Shown: piece by piece, positions 18,332 to 26,272 of the stretch | Position numbering within the stretch: the first letter of the stretch is position 1 | How the letters are laid out: the number at the start of each line of letters is the position of its first letter | Virus record (IMG/VR): IMGVR_UViG_3300044836_000034 | Coordinates: 1,330-65,329 of that record | DNA length: 64,000 nt | Reading direction: 5' to 3' (one strand) | Source: a virus | Lineage: Duplodnaviria; Caudoviricetes | Made by a program: the position numbers and the translations under genes | The notes under the pieces: generated by a model | Seen by the model: the letters and a program-made list of their open reading frames with translations, nothing else | Told to the model about the DNA's origin: nothing | Databases searched by the model: none

Positions 18332-18823
18332 CTACCTCTGCTCGTGACTGCACTGTGCGCGCGGACGCCACACGTCGCCCCTGTGGCGCGCGCAGACGGA
18401 TTGGGCGGTCGTGCCGAGGGCGACGTGCCCGATGACGTGCGAGGGCGAGCCCGTCGCGGCGGCGTACTCGATGCCGAAGACTGCACCGGTGAACTCGCCG
18501 CCGCCGATATCCACGCGCGCGCCGGAGTCGGAGGTCGTCGTTATCTCTCTGGCCGGTGGCGCGGAAGCCTTCTCACGCGCCTTCAGCTCAGCCTCGGCCT
18601 CGGTCTTGCCGTACTCGGTGACACATCCTCGGCCTTCGCCGAGGTTCAGGATCGCTACGTAGCCGCTCGGCGACGCGGGGCGAACGACGATGCCGCCGGG
18701 CGGCGGGTTCAATGGATTGAGGCCGACGCTCACGGTGCTGACCGTGTGTGCGGCAGTCTGAGAACGCGCCTCCGAATAGCTGCGCCTTCCTCCTCTGCGT
18801 GCCATGACTGATTCCCTCTCCAT
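18332..18823 (-). CDS. Hypothetical protein
   Basis: Collinear ORF in the leftward operon. Confidence 0.5.
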   Translation of the reverse strand: MERESVMARRGGRRSYSEARSQTAAHTVSTVSVGLNPLNPPPGGIVVRPASPSGYVAILNLGEGRGCVTEYGKTEAEAELKAREKASAPPAREITTTSDSGARVDIGGGEFTGAVFGIEYAAATGSPSHVIGHVALGTTAQSVCARHRGDVWRPRAQCSHEQR

Positions 18824-18946
18824 CTCATAGCCAGCCGAGCGCTCGCGCCGCGAGCGTCGCCAGTGTGAGTAAGAACAACGCGGCGACGGCGGCGCGCTTG
18901 TGGCGCCGCCGTCGCACGTCCTCGCGGCGCAGAAGAATGCCGCGCC

Positions 18947-19312
18947 TCAAGCTGCGTTCCTCCTGCCGAGTCGGTCGGCCTCGTAGTCCTTCTCGGCGAT
19001 GCGAAGCTCCCGGCGCAGCTCGTCCTCTTCGATTTGGAGCTTGCTCTTCTCGTCGCCGATGCCGTCGAGTTCCTGCTGCGTCGAGAGGTAGTCAGGGTCT
19101 TCGGTGAGCGAGAACTTGTATGCGGCCTCGCGGGTCTTGTCGTTCGTGTTCGCCTTGTCGTTGTAGGCGGCCAGCTTCAGGGTGCTGTCGAGCCTTGAGA
19201 GGCGGCGCGTGAGAGGCCTCTCCTCAATCGTCAACTCGCGCAGCCTTGCGGCTATCTCCGCGCGGCGCTGACGTAGCCAGTGAACGGAGCGCGTGCCCTC
19301 TGTTGAAATCAT
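18947..19312 (-). CDS. Coiled-coil hypothetical protein
   Basis: Heptad-rich 121 aa. Confidence 0.6.
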   Translation of the reverse strand: MISTEGTRSVHWLRQRRAEIAARLRELTIEERPLTRRLSRLDSTLKLAAYNDKANTNDKTREAAYKFSLTEDPDYLSTQQELDGIGDEKSKLQIEEDELRRELRIAEKDYEADRLGRRNAA

Positions 19313-19464
19313 TTCTTAGCTCTCTTCTCTGCCCTCTTCTTCGAGGACTTCTTGTGTTTCGGACAAAGGCCGATTTCAAGGTCGGCGTCTGCGGGGTCGG
19401 TGCAGCGGTATGTTTTGAGGCACACGGAGCAAACGTGCTCGTGCGCCTCCCCCTCGGTCGGCAT
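19309..19464 (-). CDS. 51-aa Zn-finger peptide (absent from the ORF track)
   Basis: MPTEGEAHEHVCSVCLKTYRC...LCPKHKK; AGAAAGGA RBS; ATGA overlap with the next gene. Confidence 0.65.
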   Translation of the reverse strand: MPTEGEAHEHVCSVCLKTYRCTDPADADLEIGLCPKHKKSSKKRAEKRAKK

Positions 19465-19473
19465 GGCTGTAAG

Positions 19474-19542
19474 TCCTTTCTCGGGTCATAGCGTTGAAGA
19501 GTGAGGCCCGCGCCGCGGTGGTGGTGCACCGCGGCGCGGGCC
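19474..19542 (-). promoter_or_regulatory. Leader element copy C: CACCAC-loop hairpin plus ACCCGAGAAAGGA
   Basis: 16-bp stem 19505-19542 with loop 19521-19526; motif 19474-19486. Confidence 0.7.
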
Positions 19543-19550
19543 TGTCGGAG

Positions 19551-20339
19551 TTACGACTGAGGCTGCTCCTGCTCCTGCGGCTGCTGCGCCGCCTGCTGCT
19601 TGTTGGCGAGCTTCTTCAGGCCGTTGGCGGCGAAGTAGCAGAGGCCGACGCCGTCCACGTGCTCCTTGCGGAAGATGCCGAGCTTCGCCATCTCACCGGC
19701 GATGCGCTGCGGGTAGATGCCGCCGAGGCCCTTGCGCGAGATGGGCTCGTCTACGGTCGCGTTCATCACGCTGACGACCACCTCGACGACGCGCGCGCCG
19801 TTCATGCGCTCGATGGTCTGCTCTTGGAACTTGGCGAGGTACGCGAGCAGCTCGGGGGACGAGCCCTTGACGGAAGCGCCGCCAGCCTCGCGCGGCTGCT
19901 TGGGCTCTTTGGGGGCCTTCATGGCGCGAGCGGCCTTCTTCGACGAGGACTTCGACGCGCCGGAGTCGGCGGCGGCGGCGCTCTTCTTCGAGCCGCGCTT
20001 CGTGGCGGAGGGCTTATCAATGGGCGCGCCAACGGGCTTGCCCGACTTCTTCGACTTGTCGGTCATTTCAATTTCCTCTCGGGTGACGAATTTGTTGACT
20101 ACTCGGGCGGCATCCAACGCCGCCAAAAATGTGCCGCGAGTCTGGCAAGCGGCTAAGGTGATGAGTTCTTCGCGGGTGAAGAAACTCGGGGCGAAGGCGC
20201 GACGCGGGTTAGTAACTCTGTACTTCCCTGCTCCGGTCGTCGGGCCGGGCACGTAGAGAACGTCGTAGCCTTTGGCCTCGACGGTGGCGACGGCCGAGGC
20301 AAATTCGCTCGGCAGCTTCTGAGCAACGGGCGCGCTCAC
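19551..20339 (-). CDS. Hypothetical protein, K/S-rich linker; probable internal start at ATG 20066
   Basis: ACCCGAGAGGA RBS in frame before 20066. Confidence 0.55.
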   Translation of the reverse strand: MSAPVAQKLPSEFASAVATVEAKGYDVLYVPGPTTGAGKYRVTNPRRAFAPSFFTREELITLAACQTRGTFLAALDAARVVNKFVTREEIEMTDKSKKSGKPVGAPIDKPSATKRGSKKSAAAADSGASKSSSKKAARAMKAPKEPKQPREAGGASVKGSSPELLAYLAKFQEQTIERMNGARVVEVVVSVMNATVDEPISRKGLGGIYPQRIAGEMAKLGIFRKEHVDGVGLCYFAANGLKKLANKQQAAQQPQEQEQPQS

Positions 20340-20581
20340 TGTGCGCTCCCTTCGGCCTTTGCCAACTGCTCCTCAAGTCTGCGGAGGCCGTTCTTGTAGA
20401 AGCCGAGGTCGCGGCGGGCTTCGACGAGACCGGCATGACTGGCGGTCGTGTTCTGCTCCTTGTGCCACTCGACGGCGCGGCGTTCGACCGCTTCGGCCTC
20501 GGCCACGATGCGGCGCTGAGCCTCGACATCCCTGCGGAGTTGTTCGAGGCTGGTTGTGGTCGCTGTTGACATTGAAGGCAT
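20336..20581 (-). CDS. Coiled-coil hypothetical protein, first gene of the leftward arm
   Basis: 81 aa, AAGGA RBS. Confidence 0.6.
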   Translation of the reverse strand: MPSMSTATTTSLEQLRRDVEAQRRIVAEAEAVERRAVEWHKEQNTTASHAGLVEARRDLGFYKNGLRRLEEQLAKAEGSAQ

Positions 20582-20594
20582 CCTTGGTTCGGCT

Positions 20595-20693
20595 GTGCCG
20601 TAGTAACTAACCTGTTGACTACGGTACTACCGAAGACATTTTCCGTCAACAGAAAATTTTCCATTGACGGAAAATTTAATTTTCGCGTATGCT
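20595..20693. promoter_or_regulatory. Divergent promoters and operators between the early-left arm and the plasmid replicon
   Basis: IR CCGTAGT-N13-ACTACGG (20598-20624); 12-bp IR ATTTTCCGTCAA/TTGACGGAAAAT (20638-20675) carrying back-to-back TTGACG boxes; -10 TATGCT (+) and TACCGT (-). Confidence 0.65.
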
Positions 20694-20699
20694 GGCGGC

Positions 20700-20960
20700 A
20701 TGTTGAGGACACGCATCGGGGCGCTGGCTCGCGCCGCCGGGTACGAGAAAGCTCACCATTTCGAGTTAGATAGCGGTTTTTCTTCGGGGATGGCGTGGCG
20801 ACTGTATCACGACGACGTGAAGGCGATGGAGCTCGCGACCATGGAAAAGCTCTGCCTCTTTTTCGGCTGTGAGGTCGCAGATCTGTTTGAAACAGATACT
20901 ACGGCAACGCCGAAGCAACGCAAGAGTAAGCAGAAAAAGGCCCTGAAGGGTAAGAATTAA
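20700..20960 (+). CDS. XRE/Cro-C1 type HTH regulator, probably leaderless
   Basis: ELATMEKLCLFFGCEVADLF; ATG 20700 lies about 7 nt after the -10 box and has no SD. Confidence 0.8.
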   Translation: MLRTRIGALARAAGYEKAHHFELDSGFSSGMAWRLYHDDVKAMELATMEKLCLFFGCEVADLFETDTTATPKQRKSKQKKALKGKN

Positions 20961-20964
20961 CAGC

Positions 20965-21002
20965 TTAATTTTCTTTACATGGAAAATTAACCGTGCTATA
21001 CG
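20965..21002 (+). promoter_or_regulatory. Promoter/operator of the ATPase-rep operon
   Basis: IR TTAATTTTC-N8-GAAAATTAA overlapping TTTACA-N17-TATACG. Confidence 0.5.
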
Positions 21003-21886
21003 GGTCGGTCATGGTAATGGCATCCGACCGCGTTGAGCCGTTTTCGATTTCACCCAATCCCCTTTTCCTCTTCCACACAGACAACGTGAAGGCGCTACTT
21101 CACTCGGCCCGCTCGACCGTTAACAAGCGGCAGGGTCTTGTGACGATCCTCTCGCCGGTCGGCTGCGGGAAGACGACGCTGCTGCGCCACCTGTGGATGG
21201 AGTTCGACACGCGCGGCGACACTCTCACCTGCTTCATCCCGACGCCGATCTTCGCTTCGACGTTCGCGATGGTTAAATCAGTCGCGGCCGGCTTCAAGCA
21301 GTCGCGCGACGGCATCGAGGGCGAGGCCGCAGTGAAGCGCGACAGGGACCCGCTCGACCCGCAGCGCTCCCTGCGCGCGCAACTCGACGGGCTCGAGGAG
21401 TTCCTGGCCGAACAGTACCAAGCGGGGCGCAACGTCTGCCTGCTCATAGATGAGGGCCAGATACTGAAAGACCAGTACTTGGAGCTGCTTCGCTCATTCC
21501 TCAACTTCGAAAGCAACGAGGCCAAGACTATCCAGCTCGTCATCGCCGGCCAGTTGGAGATGTGGGAGCGGTTTAAGACTAAGAAGAACGAACCCCTGCG
21601 GTCGCGCGTCCACTCGTACGCGCTGATAAACCCGCTCACAGACGTGGAGACTGAGAAGATGATCGCCTTCAGGTGCGCGAAGGCCGAGGTCGCAAACCCC
21701 TTCCCTCCCGACGTGGTCGAGCGGATATACGAACTCACCAAGGGCGTGCCGCGCCACATCATCAAGGTCTGCGGCAAGGCGATGGAGTACATGGAGATGG
21801 AAGGCGCGGCCGAGGTCACGCGCGATATGGTAGACGGCGCGGCCGAGGACGCGGCGCTCGAAGTAGAGACTGAGGCTGCCGCATGA
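20993..21886 (+). CDS. ExeA-like (AAA_22) ATPase
   Basis: Walker A SPVGCGKT, Walker B LLIDEGQ, IAGQLE, LRSRV, TKGVPR. Confidence 0.85.
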   Translation: MLYGSVMVMASDRVEPFSISPNPLFLFHTDNVKALLHSARSTVNKRQGLVTILSPVGCGKTTLLRHLWMEFDTRGDTLTCFIPTPIFASTFAMVKSVAAGFKQSRDGIEGEAAVKRDRDPLDPQRSLRAQLDGLEEFLAEQYQAGRNVCLLIDEGQILKDQYLELLRSFLNFESNEAKTIQLVIAGQLEMWERFKTKKNEPLRSRVHSYALINPLTDVETEKMIAFRCAKAEVANPFPPDVVERIYELTKGVPRHIIKVCGKAMEYMEMEGAAEVTRDMVDGAAEDAALEVETEAAA

Positions 21887-22965
21887 GCAGACACTTACGC
21901 AATATCCTGAACAAGCAGCCAGGCGAGTCCGACGCGCAGACTACTCCCTCTAGTCCCTCTAGCCCCTCTACAGACTCTACAGGGGCTAGAGGAGCTACAC
22001 CCTCTACAGGCTCTAGCCCCTCTACAGGGGGTAGCCCCTCTAGTGCAAATGTGCAGGAACCGCGCACCCGCAGGCCGACGTCGCCGCGGCGCGGTTTCAC
22101 GAAGGTCACGAACTCCGTCGTCAAGGTCGCCGTGCCAGCAGGGCTGTTCGGCGCGCAGGGCGGCAAGGCGAAGGAGCTATACGACGCGCTGTGGCAGATG
22201 ACGCGCGGCGCCGTCGTCCCGAGACGGAAAGTACGCATCCCGAAAGACCAGTTGATGAAGGCCGCCGGAATCGGGTCGGAGATCACGCTGAAGAAGAACC
22301 TGCGACTGCTGCGAACGAACGGGCTCGTCGCGGAGACGCTCTTTCCGGGCACGCACGGCGGCAACGAGTATGAAGTCTTCGAGCCGGAGGAGATCGGACC
22401 CTCTACCGGGGCTACCCCCTCTAGCCCCTCTACCGGCCCTAGCTCCCGTCAGAATGTAGAGGGAGTAGAGGGAGTAGATGCTACAGCCTCTAGCCCCAGT
22501 TTAAATAGCAGCGTTAATGAGACTTCCATGTCAGGCCAGACTTCTCTTTTAAGACCCTTTTCCGGAACTGATGATGATGAGGCTTTCGCCGGGTTTGTCG
22601 AAACAATCAGGCGAGCGGCGCTCGATGTGACGGGCAGAGAACCGACGGCGGAAGAGGCGTCGCGGTGGAGTGAACTCGCCGAACTGCTGGCGACCGAGTT
22701 GAAGATCGCCGCCGGTCGCACGACCGTGTCGAGCGTGCCCGCGTTCCTGACGGAACATTTACGCAGACGCCTTTGGAAGAAAGAGAAGCGGCAGGTCGAG
22801 GCCGAGGCGGGCGTGAGAAGTGAAGGGCGGACGCCGAAGGTGGACGCCTCGCAGTGCCCTGACTGTTTCGGAACGGGGATGTATTATCCGGAAGGATTCG
22901 AGAAGGGAGTCGCGAGGTGCGACCATAAAAAGCTCATCGCGGGCGAGACGCCCCACGATTCTTGA
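21883..22965 (+). CDS. Plasmid-type replication initiator-like protein (wHTH plus C-terminal Zn motif)
   Basis: FTKVTNS...QLMKAAGIGSEITLKKNLRLL; internal DNA repeat arrays; C-terminus CPDCFGTGMYYPEGFEKGVARCDH. Confidence 0.6.
   Translation: MSRHLRNILNKQPGESDAQTTPSSPSSPSTDSTGARGATPSTGSSPSTGGSPSSANVQEPRTRRPTSPRRGFTKVTNSVVKVAVPAGLFGAQGGKAKELYDALWQMTRGAVVPRRKVRIPKDQLMKAAGIGSEITLKKNLRLLRTNGLVAETLFPGTHGGNEYEVFEPEEIGPSTGATPSSPSTGPSSRQNVEGVEGVDATASSPSLNSSVNETSMSGQTSLLRPFSGTDDDEAFAGFVETIRRAALDVTGREPTAEEASRWSELAELLATELKIAAGRTTVSSVPAFLTEHLRRRLWKKEKRQVEAEAGVRSEGRTPKVDASQCPDCFGTGMYYPEGFEKGVARCDHKKLIAGETPHDS
21946..22042. repeat. Iteron-like array 1 (CCCTCTA x6)
   Basis: Copies at 21946, 21955, 21964, 22000, 22018, 22036, all offsets multiples of 9 bp. 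Confidence 0.75.
22399..22472. repeat. Iteron-like array 2 (CCCTCTA x3, inverted TAGAGGG x2)
   Basis: Copies at 22399, 22417, 22426; inverted at 22457, 22466; TTTAAATA follows at about 22500. Confidence 0.75.
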
Positions 22966-23017
22966 CAGACCTCTGCGGCTCGCGTAGTCTCACAACTCTG
23001 ACGCTCCCCGCGGCACT

Positions 23018-23239
23018 TCACTTGCTACTTTTTTTCTTTGTCGGGACGTGAACGAGAATGTCGCCAGCCGGGCATTCCAACGCCTCGCAGATAGCATCTA
23101 AGACCCCAAAATCAATGGAGGTGCGTTTACTTTTCACGATGGCGTACAGGGTACTCAGCGCAACATTCGTCTGACGGTTGAGCCAGTAGACACTTTTCCC
23201 CCTCTCGTCGAGCACTTCTTTAAGGCGTACTTGAATCAT
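23018..23239 (-). CDS. XRE/Cro-C1 (HTH_26-like) regulator
   Basis: MIQVRLKEVLDERGKSVYWL...IDFGVLDAICEALECPAGDIL. Confidence 0.9.
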   Translation of the reverse strand: MIQVRLKEVLDERGKSVYWLNRQTNVALSTLYAIVKSKRTSIDFGVLDAICEALECPAGDILVHVPTKKKSSK

Positions 23240-23283
23240 TCCGTATATATACCACACGCGTTATTCGCTTTGAAGTAACACGT

Positions 23284-23317
23284 GTTGACTATATAGCGCG
23301 TTAACTGTATAGTCAAC
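23284..23317. promoter_or_regulatory. Symmetric overlapping bidirectional sigma70 promoter
   Basis: TTGACT-N17-TATAGT on both strands within the IR GTTGACTATA-N14-TATAGTCAAC. Confidence 0.8.
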
Positions 23318-23319
23318 GC

Positions 23320-23558
23320 GCGGTGCCGGACGGTTAGAACGCTTTTCCAGTTGCGTAGAATTAAATGCCCGTATTAGGATGCCCGAGCCTTACATAAGCC
23401 TTTGCCGATGCCCGAATCTGCAATCCCTGACAGGCGTATGTAAGGCTGCCCGTCCCTACCCAGACAGGGACACACGTCCAGTAGGTCGCCGACCGCCTCA
23501 GGGGTTCGCGACTGTTCCGCGTGAATTAGAAGGGAACTAGCGCGCCTCGCGTTAGTTC
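23320..23558 (+). ncRNA. Candidate structured sRNA (alternatively a 53-aa ORF 23379..23540)
   Basis: Downstream of a strong promoter; 11-bp IR AGCCTTACATA/TATGTAAGGCT; 4x TGCCCG; terminal hairpin 23534-23558. Confidence 0.35.
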
Positions 23559-23785
23559 AAGGGAGACGACAGCCAGACGCCAACCTCGACCAGCGCCGCG
23601 GTGATTGCCGCGAGCAGGCCGCCGTCGTTCGTCTGTGTGTTCGTGGGACTCGGCTCCTCAATCGGCGTCGGCGTCGGCGCTGGGGCCGGTGGCGTGTCAA
23701 TGATGCCGGCGTGAGAGGTGACAGTGATGACCGCGCACAGGCATGCGGCACACAGAGCAGAGAGATATCGGTTCGGTTTTCTCAT
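23552..23785 (-). CDS. Small secreted pro-peptide
   Basis: Sec signal ending TSHA/GIIDTP, Pro-rich linker, hydrophobic C-terminal helix. Confidence 0.7.
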   Translation of the reverse strand: MRKPNRYLSALCAACLCAVITVTSHAGIIDTPPAPAPTPTPIEEPSPTNTQTNDGGLLAAITAALVEVGVWLSSPLN

Positions 23786-23854
23786 TGTTTCGATTCGTTG
23801 CCTCCGTACAGGTTAGGGCGAGCTGATGAGGTCAGCGCGGGAGAGAATACAATT

Positions 23855-23874
23855 ATTGCAACCGCGGGTGCAAT
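23855..23874. promoter_or_regulatory. Inverted repeat between the peptide and TPR-regulator genes
   Basis: ATTGCA-N8-TGCAAT. Confidence 0.45.
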
Positions 23875-23903
23875 CCTGAGTTAAGCGGAGTCGTAACAGA
23901 CAA

Positions 23904-25754
23904 ATGAAGCGAACACAATCAACGCTCATCGCGGCGTGCGCCGGCGCACGCGACCTTGAGGCTGAAGGCAGGTTCAGTGAGGCGCGCGAAGCGCTCTCCG
24001 CTTTCTGGCTTGGATTGGGACACGACCCGCTGCTCGACGGCCTCGTCGACGCCGAGCGCGCGGAGCTGCTGCTGCGCGTCGGGAAGTTGACGGGCGTGCT
24101 CGGCGCGGCCGAAAGGATGGCGGGAGCGCAGGAGCTTGCAAAGGATTTGCTCGGCCGGGCCGCGAGGCTCTTCGAGTCATTGGGTGACGACGACGGCGCG
24201 GCCGAGGCGCAGACCGCAACTGCGCTCGCGTATTGGCGCGAGGGGGCCATGCCGGAAGCGGCGGCGATCCTCGACACGGTGCTCGACGCGCGAGGCCGTC
24301 TCGCCCGTCGCGTCGCGCTCGAAGCCATGCTCGTCCGCGCAACGCTTCTAAGGTGGGAAGGGCGTTACTACGACGCGTGCGACATGCTCGGAGAGGCGCG
24401 CACTCTGCTCGCCGAGCACGACCCGGCGCGCCTGCACGGGAGCTACTACAGCGCGCTCGGGACGGCCTACTTCTTCATGGCCGTCGCGACCGGACAGCGG
24501 TCTCTGCTGGAGCGGGCTGAGAACGAGTACATCGCCGCGAGCGTCTACTACTCCGACGCCGGCCACGAAGCCTACCGCGCGAGCGTAGAGAACAACCTCG
24601 CGTACATCTACATGCTGCTCGGCAACCTGGCCGCCGCGCACTCTCACCTCGACGTCGCGGCCGAGGCGCTGCGCAAGACCGGCAGCGCGCGCGAGGCGGC
24701 GCAGTCGAACGAGACCCGTGCTCGCGTCTTCATCGCGGCGGGCGACCTCGCCGCGGCTGAAGCGTCCGCTTCGGCCGCCGTGGAAAGTTTGTCGCGCGGC
24801 GACGCTTCGGCACTCCTCGCCGAAGCGCTCACGACGCGCGGCGTAGCGCGCGCGCGCCTCGGCCTATTGTCGGAGGCGCGCGCCGACCTCAACCTGGCGG
24901 GCGAGGTCGCGTCGAGGGTGGGCGACGGCGCTGGCGCGGGGAGGGCGCGTCTGGCTCTGTTCGAGGAGCTGCGCGCCTTCCTCACGCTCGAAGAGGCGCA
25001 GGAGGCTTACGACGAGGCCGCGAGGCTACTCGACGGGGTGCAGGACGCCTCCATCGCTAAACGGCTGCGTGAAGCGGCGCGCGGGCTGTACGCGATGACA
25101 CGCGAGCAGCTCTCCGCCTTGGAGTCTGCCGCATATACTTGGAGTGGGTTCTCGTTTGAAGCCGCCGTGCACAACTTCAAAAAGCTGTGGATCGAGCGGG
25201 CGCTGCGGGACGCCGGCGGCATCGTGTCGAAGGCGGCGCGTCTGCTCAAGATGGCGAACCATCAGAGCCTCTTCAAAATGCTTATCGAGGGCGAGTTCAA
25301 ATCGCTGCGGCACTTACAGAAGCAGAAAAAGCAAAAGTCCAGACTCACGGTGAAGGGAAGGAGCAAACAGTCACGCAGGTCGGCGCGGGCCGTGCGCGCG
25401 CCACAGGCCCGCGCATGTTGCAGCCCGGCCGCGGTGGCGTTCAAGCGGCTGAAGCTCAAGACCGGCGATGACACCCTAGCCGCACGCGGGCCGCGTGGAG
25501 GTGACAGCCTGATCGTTGACGTGCGCGCGCAGGCTGCTGACGGCGACTTAGTCGTCGTCGTACACCTCGACCTCAGCTATTACGGCTACCTGCGGACGGA
25601 GGGCGGCACCATCTTTCTCGACTACCCCGGCACACATCGGGAGCCTGAGGACTTCTCAAAGAAAACGCCCGGCGACGTGCACGTCGCCGGGCCGGTTGTC
25701 GCGTACGCGTCTAAAGACGACCCGCGCCGGATACGTCAGCTCCTACCTCTCTAA
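23904..25754 (+). CDS. TPR-repeat transcriptional regulator with Fis-type HTH and C-terminal S24-like domain
   Basis: TPR-like helices with NNLAYIY, SALGTAY; IERALRDAGGIVSKAARLL (Fis HTH); GDSLIVD...GDLVVV. Confidence 0.75.
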   Translation: MKRTQSTLIAACAGARDLEAEGRFSEAREALSAFWLGLGHDPLLDGLVDAERAELLLRVGKLTGVLGAAERMAGAQELAKDLLGRAARLFESLGDDDGAAEAQTATALAYWREGAMPEAAAILDTVLDARGRLARRVALEAMLVRATLLRWEGRYYDACDMLGEARTLLAEHDPARLHGSYYSALGTAYFFMAVATGQRSLLERAENEYIAASVYYSDAGHEAYRASVENNLAYIYMLLGNLAAAHSHLDVAAEALRKTGSAREAAQSNETRARVFIAAGDLAAAEASASAAVESLSRGDASALLAEALTTRGVARARLGLLSEARADLNLAGEVASRVGDGAGAGRARLALFEELRAFLTLEEAQEAYDEAARLLDGVQDASIAKRLREAARGLYAMTREQLSALESAAYTWSGFSFEAAVHNFKKLWIERALRDAGGIVSKAARLLKMANHQSLFKMLIEGEFKSLRHLQKQKKQKSRLTVKGRSKQSRRSARAVRAPQARACCSPAAVAFKRLKLKTGDDTLAARGPRGGDSLIVDVRAQAADGDLVVVVHLDLSYYGYLRTEGGTIFLDYPGTHREPEDFSKKTPGDVHVAGPVVAYASKDDPRRIRQLLPL

Positions 25755-26260
25755 CCTTCTTCACTATCCTGAGAGCCTGTCGGGGGGCGGCGTCCACGCC
25801 GCCCCTTCGGCTTTTCGAGCTCGCCTTGGTCAAGCAGCAGCTCCGAGAGAATGCGCAGGCGCGCGCGCCCGCGTTCGTCCAGACTGCCCAGTCGAGACAT
25901 CATCTCGGAGGCCCGCCCCGATAGTCCTTCGTCTACCAGCTTCTTCAGCAAAGCGTCCACGGCGATGCCGTCCTCGGAGGCTATCGACCTCAACACGCTC
26001 GCGTGCTCCTCGCCTAAGAAGTTGAGCGGGTCTTCGGAAGCGCCCTTGCCGGTAATCAGCCAATCGAGGGAGCAGCCCGTCACCTCCGAGACCCGAATCA
26101 TCTTGTCCATCTCCGGCCAGTACTTACCGGCCAGAATGTCGGTCACGGAAGACCACTGCTTATACCCGAGAATGTCTTTAATCTCGGTGTTGCTGCGCTC
26201 GCCGAACGCCTTACGCAGGCGTGCGGGAAAACCTTCATCTGGAATAGGCTTCGGTGACAC
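25751..26260 (-). CDS. cI: CI-like repressor (XRE HTH); start uncertain
   Basis: FPARLRKAF...IRVSEVTGCSLDWLITGKG; divergent from the cro-like gene. Confidence 0.75.
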   Translation of the reverse strand: MSPKPIPDEGFPARLRKAFGERSNTEIKDILGYKQWSSVTDILAGKYWPEMDKMIRVSEVTGCSLDWLITGKGASEDPLNFLGEEHASVLRSIASEDGIAVDALLKKLVDEGLSGRASEMMSRLGSLDERGRARLRILSELLLDQGELEKPKGRRGRRPPTGSQDSEEG

Positions 26261-26272
26261 CGTAGTTTTCGC

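Noticed and set aside
18883-18915. Sixth CACCAC-loop element
   Set aside because: Good 13-bp stem, but the loop reads CACAAGC and the downstream CCCGAG motif is missing; probably an ordinary intergenic hairpin.
20993-21886. ExeA-like gene as a type II secretion component or transposon TnsC/TniB
   Set aside because: No secretion genes, transposase or terminal inverted repeats nearby.
23855-23874. Sigma54 promoter for the Fis-HTH regulator
   Set aside because: Lacks the GG at -24 and has the wrong spacing; the regulator has no AAA+ domain. Kept only as an inverted repeat.
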